Shown here: piece after piece, positions 38,886 through 48,151 of the stretch
Position numbering within the stretch: the first letter of the stretch is position 1
Layout: every line of letters begins with the position of its first letter
Assembly (NCBI GenBank): GCA_016934265.1
Contig: JAFGTF010000078.1
Location: 10,459 to 74,458 of the forward strand
Source of the DNA: Spirochaetota bacterium
GTDB lineage: Bacteria; Spirochaetota; B62-G9; DRHN01
DNA length: 64,000 nt
Reading direction: 5' to 3'
The notes under the pieces: generated by a model
Databases searched by the model: none
Told to the model about the DNA's origin: nothing
Seen by the model: the letters and a program-made list of their open reading frames with translations, nothing else
Position numbers and translations under genes: made by a program

Positions 38886-40148
38886 GTGCGCGCAATCGGT
38901 GTTCTTTCGGCGCTGGTGCCAATAAGCTGCGCCGCCTTGTACACCGTGGTGTGCGCCGATGAGTTCATATTGCGAGGCGGCAGCGGGCAAGAGGAGATCG
39001 AAGTCCGTTCCGGCGAAGAGTTCCGTATCGGTATCGACGGCGCGGGATGGTACCTCAACCGGTACGACAGGCAGCGATTGAAGTTCCGGTACAGGATCGT
39101 CGACCCGGCTGTGACGAGTTTCGTCATCATGCCCTTGCAGACGGGGGAGGGGTATCTCCTCTTCAGTTACCGAAACGAGGACCTCTACGTCAGGGTCGTG
39201 ATCGACCGGAAGGGGGAGCCCGGGGGTACGGACGGACAGGCGCCCGCGGTGACCGATAGCGGCACCGGCGGGGATACGGGGGAACAGGCGCTATCGATAC
39301 CCGAAGGAGGTACGGCAGAGCCGGAGGCGGCCCGGGCTGCGACGCGGGAAGGGGTAGGACCGGCGGTATCTCACGATGACGGTGGTGAAGAGGCGCCCTT
39401 GCGGGAATCCAAAGACCCATCGGTACGCGAAAAGGACGAGAGCGGACGCGGGCAGGTAGGCGTAAGAAAGCCGAAAGATACCGAAAGGATCTACTATACT
39501 GACGAGGAGGGCCGAGTCGTTCCGGTCCCGGCGGACGCAGGGAGGGACGAGGGGTACGAGTACAGAAGGGGAACGGCCCTCTATAAAGGGAAACGGTTCT
39601 CGGAGGCGGCGGAAAGGTTCGTACGGTATCTGGACCGGTGCGAGGAGTGTGAAAAGAAGATCGATGCGTCGATGAAGCTTGCAGAGAGCCTTGTCGCGGT
39701 CGGGAGGGAGAAGGAAGCGATACCCCATCTCGATACGGTGATCGATTCCTCACAAGACAGCTATCGTGAGAAAGCGTATATAATGAGGGGGAACATATAC
39801 TACGACGAGGGGCTCCTAAAAAAGGCGCTTCGATCCTACCGCGGTGCTTTGGATGCCGGCGCCGCGAGCGTGGAAGTCTTACGAAGGGTCGGCGACCTGC
39901 ACTACGAGCTGAATGAGTACGGCCCGGCGCTCGAAGCGTACGAACGGCTGATAAAGCTCGGTGCGGTCGACGATGTGCTTTTCTTCCGGGTTGCGACGAT
40001 TTACGACAGTCCGGGAGAGCCGAGGGATATCGAGAAGGCATACGGGTACTATAAGCTGCTTGTTGACGGATACAGAAAGTCCGAGTATCGTCTGTTCGCG
40101 GCTAAAAGAATGGAGTTTCTCGAAAAGAACTTTTTCAACTACAGGTGA
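38886..40148 (+). CDS. Exported TPR (BamD/CpoB-like) protein
   Basis: Signal-like N-terminus, disordered linker and several TPR-like helical pairs (e.g. AYIMRGNIYYDEG...ALRSY). Confidence 0.7.
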   Translation: MRAIGVLSALVPISCAALYTVVCADEFILRGGSGQEEIEVRSGEEFRIGIDGAGWYLNRYDRQRLKFRYRIVDPAVTSFVIMPLQTGEGYLLFSYRNEDLYVRVVIDRKGEPGGTDGQAPAVTDSGTGGDTGEQALSIPEGGTAEPEAARAATREGVGPAVSHDDGGEEAPLRESKDPSVREKDESGRGQVGVRKPKDTERIYYTDEEGRVVPVPADAGRDEGYEYRRGTALYKGKRFSEAAERFVRYLDRCEECEKKIDASMKLAESLVAVGREKEAIPHLDTVIDSSQDSYREKAYIMRGNIYYDEGLLKKALRSYRGALDAGAASVEVLRRVGDLHYELNEYGPALEAYERLIKLGAVDDVLFFRVATIYDSPGEPRDIEKAYGYYKLLVDGYRKSEYRLFAAKRMEFLEKNFFNYR

Positions 40149-40205
40149 AGGCGCAAATAGAAGCCGCGCCGATCCATCAGACCGGAATAGGGACGGTAAA
40201 ACGCT

Positions 40206-41546
40206 GTGCTGACGACATTGACACAAAAGCTGGCAGGGGTATTCAAGAAGGTCAGGGGATGGGGGAGCCTCACGGAAGGCAACATCAAGGAGGGTATTCG
40301 GGAGATTCGGCTCGCACTGCTCGAGGCCGACGTGAGCTACAAAGTCGTAAAGTCGTTTATCGACAAGGTTACCGAGGAGGCGAAGGGGGAGAAGGTGTTG
40401 AAAAGCCTTACCCCTTCTCAGCAGTTTACCAAGATCGTCCATGACAATCTCGTAGAGCTGCTCGGGGGCGCGCCGGCAGACCTCGGGATCAAATCGGGCG
40501 GGATATCCGTGATCATGGTGGTAGGTCTGCAGGGGTCGGGAAAGACCACCACGTGCACGAAACTGGCACAGTGGGTGGAACAAAACTTCGGCAAGAAACC
40601 GCTCGTCGTCGCGGCGGACCCCTACAGGCCGGCCGCTGTCGAGCAGCTCGTGCTTCTTTGCAGAAAATCGCAGATAGCGGTCTTCAACAGGGAGAATGCT
40701 CGTCCTCCCGAGATCTGCGCGGAGGCGCTGCGACATGCAAAAGAAAATTCTTTCGGTGCAGTAATCATCGATACGGCGGGGAGGCTCGAGATCGACGAAA
40801 CGATGATGGAAGAGCTCGTCGAGATCAAGAAACGGATAGATCCTCATGAGATACTCCTCGTAGCCGACGCCGCCACCGGGCAGGTCGCCGTCACGGTTGC
40901 ACAGGGATTTCATGAGAGAATCGGTATCACCGGCATCATACTTTCACGTATGGATTCGGATGCAAGAGGCGGCGCAGCTCTTTCCATGTCCTATGTAACC
41001 GGCAGGACGGTAAGCTTCATCGGGACGGGCGAGAAAGTCGAGGATTTCGAACGATTTTACCCCGATCGGATCGCCTCGAGGATACTCGAGATGGGCGACG
41101 TGGTGACGCTCGTCGAGAAGGTTAAGCAGGAGATCGATGTCGAGAAGGCGAAAAAACTCGAGAAGAAGATCAAGAAGGCGACATTCGATCTCAATGATTT
41201 CTTAGACCAGCTGAAGCAGCTGAAGAAGATGGGGCCTCTTGAAAACATACTGGAGCTCATCCCGGGCGTGCCGAAAAAGGCGAATATACAATTCGACGAA
41301 ACCCAGCTCGTAAAGACGGAGGCGATAATAAATTCGATGACACCGAAAGAGCGGGAGCACTACAAGATCATCAACGGCAGCAGGAGAAAGAGGATCGCTC
41401 TCGGCAGCGGGACGAACGTATATGACGTGAACCGTCTTCTGAACAGTTTTTCCCAGATGAAGAAGATGATGAAGAAGATGGGAAAGGGCGGTAGGGGCGG
41501 CGGGCAAAGGGGCTTTATGCCCACCTCCTTCATGAATCGGCCGTAA
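40206..41546 (+). CDS. ffh: Signal recognition particle protein Ffh
   Basis: GLQGSGKTT, DTAGR, DARGGAALS, Met-rich M domain. Confidence 0.97.
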   Translation: MLTTLTQKLAGVFKKVRGWGSLTEGNIKEGIREIRLALLEADVSYKVVKSFIDKVTEEAKGEKVLKSLTPSQQFTKIVHDNLVELLGGAPADLGIKSGGISVIMVVGLQGSGKTTTCTKLAQWVEQNFGKKPLVVAADPYRPAAVEQLVLLCRKSQIAVFNRENARPPEICAEALRHAKENSFGAVIIDTAGRLEIDETMMEELVEIKKRIDPHEILLVADAATGQVAVTVAQGFHERIGITGIILSRMDSDARGGAALSMSYVTGRTVSFIGTGEKVEDFERFYPDRIASRILEMGDVVTLVEKVKQEIDVEKAKKLEKKIKKATFDLNDFLDQLKQLKKMGPLENILELIPGVPKKANIQFDETQLVKTEAIINSMTPKEREHYKIINGSRRKRIALGSGTNVYDVNRLLNSFSQMKKMMKKMGKGGRGGGQRGFMPTSFMNRP

Positions 41547-41564
41547 GGCGGTACAATATATCGC

Positions 41565-41593
41565 TTTACAAAAAAAGCGATTGACAGTATATT
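41565..41593 (+). promoter_or_regulatory. Probable promoter of the rpsP operon
   Basis: TTTACA, 17 nt spacer, TATATT. Confidence 0.5.
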
Positions 41594-41620
41594 AAGGGCA
41601 AAATTTTTGAGGAGCTTTTT

Positions 41621-41872
41621 GTGAGCGTCAAAATACGGCTAACGCGAGTAGGTACAAGGAAAAAACCCTATTATAGAATCGTTGTAATGGATTCGAGAAG
41701 GCAGAGAGACGGTGCGTATCTCGAAAATCTGGGAGTATATCATCCACTCAATAGCGACGATCGGCAGGTGGAGGTGAAAGAGGACAGAATTCGGGAATGG
41801 CTGAGCAAGGGCGCGAGACCGAGCCATACGGTGAAAGTTCTTTTAAATAAACAGGGGATACAGATCAAGTAG
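41621..41872 (+). CDS. rpsP: 30S ribosomal protein S16
   Basis: VKIRLTRVG..KPYYRIVV.DSR..RDG. Confidence 0.97.
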   Translation: MSVKIRLTRVGTRKKPYYRIVVMDSRRQRDGAYLENLGVYHPLNSDDRQVEVKEDRIREWLSKGARPSHTVKVLLNKQGIQIK

Positions 41873-41918
41873 GCGCTTTCCACACACATCCATCATTCAC
41901 GGCAAAAGGAGAGAACGG

Positions 41919-42155
41919 ATGAAGGAGAAAGAGTTCCTCTTGTATATCATCAAGGCACTCGTTGATGAACCTGATGAGGTAGAGATTAACGTAGTCGAAG
42001 GTGAGAAATCGACGATCTTCGAGCTGAAAGTCGCGCAGGCTGATATAGGAAAGGTGATCGGAAAGAGCGGGAGGATAGCGAAAGCGATACGAACGATACT
42101 GAACGCAGCGATTGCACGGTCCGGCAAGAGGATCAGTCTGGATATTCTCGGTTGA
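41919..42155 (+). CDS. khpA: KH-domain RNA-binding protein KhpA
   Basis: DIGKVIGKSGRIAKAIRT; located between rpsP and rimM. Confidence 0.9.
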   Translation: MKEKEFLLYIIKALVDEPDEVEINVVEGEKSTIFELKVAQADIGKVIGKSGRIAKAIRTILNAAIARSGKRISLDILG

Positions 42156-42318
42156 TCGCGGATGCCGTATATACGGGTTTCCGCTTCCGAAGGATAGATA
42201 CCGGAATAAAGCACATCACCGCCTGAAGCGAAGGCAAAGGCTCCGAACAGTCCCCTTTCATCATCGTTTTGTGGATTTCGACGGGCGTAAGAGTGCGACC
42301 CGTTGATCAGGGCGGGTT

Positions 42319-42882
42319 TTGGGGCGGAAAAAAGAGTGGTCAAGATCCTCATACGGAGGAGTCGGTAAAACGAAGGAAGAGTATCTCATCGTTGGGAGGG
42401 TGACGAGACCGTTCGGTATTAAGGGGGAGGTGAGGGTTCTCCCGATAACGGATGACCCCACGCGCTATATCGGTATGGATTCGGTGTTTATCGGGGAAGA
42501 GGGGAAAAAAAGAAGAATCGGCCTGGAGTACGCAAAAGTCTGCCCCCGATACGTCATCGTCAAGCTCGAGGGATACGATACCGTCGAAGATGCGGACCGC
42601 CTCAAAGACGAGCTCCTCTATGTTGCCCGGGACGAAGCGGTGACGCTCGACGAGGGGAGCTACTACCACTACGACTTGAACGGCTGTACCGTGGTGACGT
42701 CGGAGGGAAAAACAGTCGGAACGGTGTTCGATATCCAGAACATGGGAAGCTGCGACGTGTACTTCATCCGGGCTGAAGCCGACGGGAAGGAATATCTCGT
42801 TCCTGCGATCCACGACGTCGTAAAAACGATAGATATATCGGAAAAGAGGATCGTAATAGAGCCGTTAGAGGGGCTGTTCTGA
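42319..42882 (+). CDS. rimM: 16S rRNA processing protein RimM (start uncertain)
   Basis: VGRVTRPFGIKGEV, YYHYDLNG, YLVPA; synteny with rpsP and trmD. Confidence 0.92.
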   Translation: MGRKKEWSRSSYGGVGKTKEEYLIVGRVTRPFGIKGEVRVLPITDDPTRYIGMDSVFIGEEGKKRRIGLEYAKVCPRYVIVKLEGYDTVEDADRLKDELLYVARDEAVTLDEGSYYHYDLNGCTVVTSEGKTVGTVFDIQNMGSCDVYFIRAEADGKEYLVPAIHDVVKTIDISEKRIVIEPLEGLF

Positions 42883-42962
42883 AGGCGTTATACAGCTACG
42901 GTCCCGGTACCGCTCTGTTCGGGGTCAGGAGCGAGGAACGTGCACATCGCACGCAGTGAGAG

Positions 42963-43736
42963 ATGAAATTCAACATACTCACGCTATTTCCCGGTACGGT
43001 GGGCTGCTTTTTCAAAGAGAGTATAATCGGGAGGGCGGTAGAGAACGAAATACTGAGTGTCAACATCGTCAATATCAGGGATTACTCCACCGACAGGCAC
43101 GGTAAAGTGGACGACAGTCCCTTCGGCGGCGGCAGGGGGATGCTGCTTCAGCCCGACCCGATCTTCAGGGCACTCGAAGACATAGGGGATACTGGATGGG
43201 TCGTGCATATGAGCCCCATGGGATCGAGGCTCGACCAGCGAAGGGTGAGGGAGCTTTCCCTGATCGAAACGGTCACCCTGATATGCGGCAGGTATGAAGG
43301 GATAGACCAGAGGGTCGTGGAAGCGTGGGTCGACGAAGAGATCTCGATAGGAGACTACGTGCTGACAGGCGGAGAGACGGCGGCATGTGTTCTCGTGGAT
43401 TGCGTGGCGCGCGAGCTCGAAGGCACTCTCGGCGCCGGCGAATCAAAAGCGGAGGAGAGCTTCGACGCGACCGGTCTTCTGGAGTACGAGCAGTATACCA
43501 GGCCGGCGTCGTACAGGGGTATGGAGGTGCCCGACATCCTCATCTCGGGAAACCACGAGGCAATCAGGAAGTGGAGGATGAAGCGGCGGCTCTTGAACAC
43601 GATGGAGCGGCGGTCGGATCTGCTGGCCGATGCGATGAATCGTGCAGCGCTCTCCGACGAGTATATGGCATTATTAGCAGAGATTGAGAAGGAGAAGGGC
43701 GATGAAGGAGATACAGGAGATAGAGAAGGATTATAA
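42963..43736 (+). CDS. trmD: tRNA (guanine-N1)-methyltransferase
   Basis: [29 protein letters not shown]. Confidence 0.97.
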   Translation: MKFNILTLFPGTVGCFFKESIIGRAVENEILSVNIVNIRDYSTDRHGKVDDSPFGGGRGMLLQPDPIFRALEDIGDTGWVVHMSPMGSRLDQRRVRELSLIETVTLICGRYEGIDQRVVEAWVDEEISIGDYVLTGGETAACVLVDCVARELEGTLGAGESKAEESFDATGLLEYEQYTRPASYRGMEVPDILISGNHEAIRKWRMKRRLLNTMERRSDLLADAMNRAALSDEYMALLAEIEKEKGDEGDTGDREGL

Positions 43737-44043
43737 AAAATACGATGAGGTGCCTTTTACACCCGGCGATAGGGTAAAGGTTCATGTGAAGATCGTCGAA
43801 GCAAAGCGAGAGCGGATTCAGGTCTTCGAGGGATATGTGATCGCCGTTAAAAACAGCGGGTCCGGAAAGACCTTCAGGGTCAGACGCGAATCCTACGGAA
43901 TCGGCGTAGAGCGGGTGTTCCCTTTGAATTCGCCGAGGATCGACAAGATCGAGGTGGTACGAAAGGGAAAGGTCCAGCGTGCGAAGCTCTACTATCTTCG
44001 AGACCGTATCGGTAAAGCGGCGCAGGTCAAGCAGCAGGTCTAA
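43702..44043 (+). CDS. rplS: 50S ribosomal protein L19
   Basis: [29 protein letters not shown] precedes ATG 43702. Confidence 0.97.
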   Translation: MKEIQEIEKDYKKYDEVPFTPGDRVKVHVKIVEAKRERIQVFEGYVIAVKNSGSGKTFRVRRESYGIGVERVFPLNSPRIDKIEVVRKGKVQRAKLYYLRDRIGKAAQVKQQV

Positions 44044-44129
44044 GTCGATGCTGTACGGCGTTTTCTCGGCTCATGTCGGTTTTATGCAGATCGCGCCGTT
44101 TCGGCACCGAAACAGACTGCGTGTAGAAG

Positions 44130-44768
44130 ATGGGCCACTACCGTTTTGAAAGGGAAGCCATGTGCATGCTTGAGAACAGAGCGCATGCGGATGGCTTTCG
44201 TGCCGTTGGGGGTATAGATGAGGCGGGGAGGGGGGCGCTTGCAGGGCCGGTCGTCGCCTGCTGCGTAGTGCTAGATCCGAAGCACATTCCATCCGGAATA
44301 CTCGATTCGAAGAAGCTTACCGACAAAAAGAGAAGAATCCTCTCAAAACAGATCAGGGAAAAGGCCCGATCCGTCGGGGTCGGTATTTGCGGGCCCGGGC
44401 TCATAGAGGAATACAACATCTATAATGCAACGGTTATCGCGATGAAACGGTCGGTCTTTTCGTGTGATATCAAGCCCGATTTTCTATTAATCGATGCCGT
44501 GCAATTATACGATATTTCTATTAGTTCGGAATCGATGTATAAAGGAGAGGATAAATCGGTGTCGATTGCCGCGGCCAGCATAGTCGCGAAGGTATACAGG
44601 GACGATCTCATGATTTTGTTGGCACGTGATTACCCGCAATACGGTTTCGAGATGCACAAGGGGTATGGAACGACGGTACACCGTGCCGCTCTCTTACGAT
44701 ACGGTCCCACTATAGAGCACAGGTATACCTACAGACCGGTCCGCGAAGCTGCAAAACGATGGAAATAG
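44130..44768 (+). CDS. rnhB: Ribonuclease HII
   Basis: GIDEAGRG.LAGPV, DSKKL, IAAASIVAKV.RD, HKGYGT. Confidence 0.95.
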   Translation: MGHYRFEREAMCMLENRAHADGFRAVGGIDEAGRGALAGPVVACCVVLDPKHIPSGILDSKKLTDKKRRILSKQIREKARSVGVGICGPGLIEEYNIYNATVIAMKRSVFSCDIKPDFLLIDAVQLYDISISSESMYKGEDKSVSIAAASIVAKVYRDDLMILLARDYPQYGFEMHKGYGTTVHRAALLRYGPTIEHRYTYRPVREAAKRWK

Positions 44769-45616
44769 AAAAAACCGCGCGAAGCACGAATCATACGGGT
44801 GCACAAAAAACCTCCCCAAAGCCGGGCGACCTGATACGTGTTCGAGTGATTCGTCATGTCCGTGGAAGCTCCTACCTCGTGGAGATCAAGGGAGAAACCC
44901 GCACTGCGAGGCTGGAAGGCAGGATACCGAGTCCGCTTTTCATCGCCAGGGTACTGAAGCTTAAACCGCGAATGATCCTCCAGCACGTGAAGACCTTTAA
45001 AGAAACGGGAAACGCCGCCTCGAGTTCCGTGTACAGAGAGCTTCTGGGTCGTGAAAAATCGTTTATCCAAAAATTGATTGCCACCGATAATTTTCTTGAA
45101 AAGCTTGTAGTTACGGTGCGTCATAAGAAGGAGCTCATACGGGAATCGTTGCGTGATGCAGTCCGAAATCAGAACATATATCGAATGTTGGAAAAGAGTG
45201 GGATCGTTTCAAAGGAGGTTATCACCTACTACTGTCTGCAGCAGATGCATAATCTCCTCAATTACAGCGCCCTAACGTTATTATTCTCATTGAGAATAAA
45301 AGACCGATCCTGTCCCTGCGACCTGGCTGTTTCCAGGGCCGAGGACGGATCGGAGTACTCTTTCTTGCTCACTATTTCGTTCGAAAACGGAAGAAAAATC
45401 GCATTTTTGGTTTTTACGGACTATAAGGCGATACATTGTACCATCTCGACGAACAGCAAAGAACTGGAAACGCAGATGAAGGCGGATGTCGAAAAACTGG
45501 TCGGCGGCCTGAAACGTCTCAGGTTCGAAAGAGATGTGACGGTCCGGTTCTCACCGTACGAGGATGCCGGATTTTATACACAGGACAATCTGAAAAAGAT
45601 TGATATAAGGCTGTAG
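44759..45616 (+). CDS. Hypothetical protein, possibly FliK C-terminal-like (ylqG position)
   Basis: 285-aa ORF between rnhB and the FlhB-like gene; ends in KKIDIRL, similar to FliK-like tails. Confidence 0.5.
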   Translation: MEIEKTARSTNHTGAQKTSPKPGDLIRVRVIRHVRGSSYLVEIKGETRTARLEGRIPSPLFIARVLKLKPRMILQHVKTFKETGNAASSSVYRELLGREKSFIQKLIATDNFLEKLVVTVRHKKELIRESLRDAVRNQNIYRMLEKSGIVSKEVITYYCLQQMHNLLNYSALTLLFSLRIKDRSCPCDLAVSRAEDGSEYSFLLTISFENGRKIAFLVFTDYKAIHCTISTNSKELETQMKADVEKLVGGLKRLRFERDVTVRFSPYEDAGFYTQDNLKKIDIRL

Positions 45617-45619
45617 CGA

Positions 45620-45868
45620 ATGGCACGGAAAGCGGTAGCTTTGCGGTACAAGACTGAGGATGAAGCCCCGAAAATAACGGCCAAGGGGACGGGACAGGTA
45701 GCCGAGACAATACTTCGTATTGCGAAGGAAAGCGGTGTATATATCGAGGACAACAGACTGCTTTCGGAGGCTCTCATGCAGTTTGAAGTCGGAGATTATG
45801 TTCCGCAAGAATTGTACGAGATAGTGGCCGAGATACTTGCGTTTGTATACCGGCTCGATCTGGAATGA
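45620..45868 (+). CDS. FlhB C-terminal domain-like protein (FlhX/YlqH type)
   Basis: KAVALRY....APKITAKG.G.VAE.I...VPQELYEIVAEILAFVY. Confidence 0.88.
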   Translation: MARKAVALRYKTEDEAPKITAKGTGQVAETILRIAKESGVYIEDNRLLSEALMQFEVGDYVPQELYEIVAEILAFVYRLDLE

Positions 45869-45871
45869 CGG

Positions 45872-47044
45872 ATGGCGATGAAAAAACTGCGGGTTGATGA
45901 ATTGAAGCCGGGTATGGTTTTCAACAAGGCGGTGTATATCGATATGAACAATATCCTCGTTGCGCCCATGGTCCCGCTTCGGGATGAGGATATCCAGCGG
46001 CTCGTGAAATGGGGCATAGAGGAGATAGAAACCGCGGGTGACGTCATCAAGCAGGTGGAGCCGGAAAAGAAGCTTTCGATCAAGGAGGAGGTGTCGAAGC
46101 TCACGAAACTCGCAGAAAGCCCGCAGGCCGGGGGACATGCTGAGAGAAACACATCTGAAGTCTTCGATACAATGTTGCACCTAACGGAGGACGTATTCGA
46201 AAAGGTAAGAAACGGCGCAGGCTACGAACGTGATCGTATCCTCGACTCGGTGAGCGAAATGATCGAGGCGGTGCGTGGGAATAAGAACGGTATACTCGAC
46301 GAGCTCACGAGGGAACACGAGGGAAAGTACCTCTATATCCTCGGGGTCGGTGTCGCGATGCTTTCCGCGGTAGTCGGCCTTGATATCGGATACGGCAAGC
46401 ACCGTCTCATACCCCTCTGTGCGGGAGCACTCCTGCACGACATCGGTATGGTGCGGGTACCCTCCTACATCACCGACAAGAAGGGCAAACTGACGCCGGA
46501 GGAGTACAACAGGATCAAAACGCATACCATATACGGATATCGGATCATCACAAAGGAGCTCGACCTCGGCGAAGAGGTGGCGGCGGTCGTACTGCAGCAC
46601 CACGAGGCATACGACGGAAGCGGATATCCTCGTAAGCTGAAAGAGGATACGATATCGGTGTTCGCAAAGATCGTTTCGATATGCGACGCCTTTATGGCGA
46701 TGACGAGAAAACGGAGCTACAGGGATGAGCACCTCTCCTACCACGCCATGAAGACGATCCTCAGCGGTGCGAGCAGGAAGTATGATCCCGAGATAGTAAA
46801 GGTGTTCTTGAAGAACCTCGCGATATATCCCGTGGGAAGCATTGTCCAGTTGAGCAACAACGCCGTCGGAAGGGTGATAAGCGCGAATCCGCAGCTTCCT
46901 TTGAGGCCGAAGGTGGCTGTTATGATAGATGAGTTCGGCGACAGGCTCGAGGAGGAGAAAGAGATCGACCTGCAGGAGCAGAGCTCCCTCTTCGTAAAAA
47001 AACCGCTGTCGAAGTTCATTCTGAAGCAGATACTGAATGAATAG
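45872..47044 (+). CDS. HD-GYP domain protein (c-di-GMP phosphodiesterase family)
   Basis: LLHDIG, HHE..DGSGYP, ICDAF, R.SYR; N-terminal VDELKPGM. Confidence 0.88.
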   Translation: MAMKKLRVDELKPGMVFNKAVYIDMNNILVAPMVPLRDEDIQRLVKWGIEEIETAGDVIKQVEPEKKLSIKEEVSKLTKLAESPQAGGHAERNTSEVFDTMLHLTEDVFEKVRNGAGYERDRILDSVSEMIEAVRGNKNGILDELTREHEGKYLYILGVGVAMLSAVVGLDIGYGKHRLIPLCAGALLHDIGMVRVPSYITDKKGKLTPEEYNRIKTHTIYGYRIITKELDLGEEVAAVVLQHHEAYDGSGYPRKLKEDTISVFAKIVSICDAFMAMTRKRSYRDEHLSYHAMKTILSGASRKYDPEIVKVFLKNLAIYPVGSIVQLSNNAVGRVISANPQLPLRPKVAVMIDEFGDRLEEEKEIDLQEQSSLFVKKPLSKFILKQILNE

Positions 47045-47387
47045 GGTTTCTGTAGGAAAGAGATATGAAGATGAGGTCGCGGCGTGGCTTGACGGACACG
47101 GCTATTCGGTCTTAGAGCGAAACTTCAGGTTTCGGCACAAGGAGATCGATATCATCGCCGAGAAGGACAGCCTCCTTGTCTTCGTGGAGGTGAAATACAG
47201 GAAGGACGGCGCGTTCGGCACCGGGCTCGAGGCGGTTACCGTCTCGAAGCGCAGGAATATTCGAACGGCGGCCCTTTACTATTTGGAAAAAAACAGACGT
47301 TATGACTGTAACGTACGTTTCGATGTCGCAACTTTCGAACGGGAAAAACTCCTGTATATCGAGGATGCGTTTCAGTTGACAAAGTGA
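47037..47387 (+). CDS. yraN: YraN family nuclease
   Basis: GKRYE, ERNFR...EIDII, VFVEVKYR, RFDV. Confidence 0.9.
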   Translation: MNRVSVGKRYEDEVAAWLDGHGYSVLERNFRFRHKEIDIIAEKDSLLVFVEVKYRKDGAFGTGLEAVTVSKRRNIRTAALYYLEKNRRYDCNVRFDVATFEREKLLYIEDAFQLTK

Positions 47388-47393
47388 GCCGTT

Positions 47394-47579
47394 ATGGAAA
47401 AATTAAAAGAGAGATATCAATCGTACGGTCTTCTGCTGGTCAAAGAGAAGAAAGGCAAGTCCGCCAGGCCGAGGAGGAACAGGATAGAACGGCTCAAGAC
47501 GATGATCAACAACGAGGACTACCTCAACGAAGCGATACAGAAACTCGCCAACTCTCTCACGAGCGGGCTCATGAAGTAG
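47394..47579 (+). CDS. Small hypothetical protein with FlgM C-terminus-like motif
   Basis: 61 aa, 6 nt after yraN; RIERLKTMINNEDYLNEAIQKLA. Confidence 0.5.
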   Translation: MEKLKERYQSYGLLLVKEKKGKSARPRRNRIERLKTMINNEDYLNEAIQKLANSLTSGLMK

Positions 47580-47686
47580 GCATGTTCCAGAAGACGGTCC
47601 GGACATACTGGGCATGACGTTGGAATTTCCTTGATTTTAATCCCGCTGGATGTTACCACTATACAATACCGAAACAAGAAGGACGA

Positions 47687-48004
47687 ATGGTGACGAGCAA
47701 CCATCACAAAAAGTACCGGAAGCACAGACGATACAGGGCGCCGCGCAAACGGGGGCCTCGCTACATATGCCCGGTATGCGAGAAACCCATTAATGTCGTT
47801 TCCACCGCAATAATCCACAAAGAGACGAGCAAGAAGGCACATTTCGACTGTATCATAAAGGAGTTGAAGAAGTCCTACCAGCTGAAGCCGAACGAGGGTA
47901 TCTGTTATCTCGGTGGGGGCGGATTCGGTATCATCGAGACTTCCAAGGGAGACAGAAACAAGGGGTTCGTCATCAAAAAGAGAATCCAGTACGAAACCAG
48001 GTAG
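47687..48004 (+). CDS. Hypothetical basic protein with CxxC...HxxC putative zinc finger
   Basis: CPVCEKPI and AHFDCI motifs; AAGGA SD-like sequence and a TACAAT -10 candidate upstream. Confidence 0.65.
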   Translation: MVTSNHHKKYRKHRRYRAPRKRGPRYICPVCEKPINVVSTAIIHKETSKKAHFDCIIKELKKSYQLKPNEGICYLGGGGFGIIETSKGDRNKGFVIKKRIQYETR

Positions 48005-48151
48005 CGTTTCCTCAAGCAGTATCCCGATATCATTCTCCATTCAATTCGCTGAGCGGCCTGCGGAAAAAAATCGTTTTTTTTGATAAAATTGTGCATCAGG
48101 TGCAACAAGAAATGCGGATCCGATGTTCAGGAGTGATGGGAGAGAAATGAA

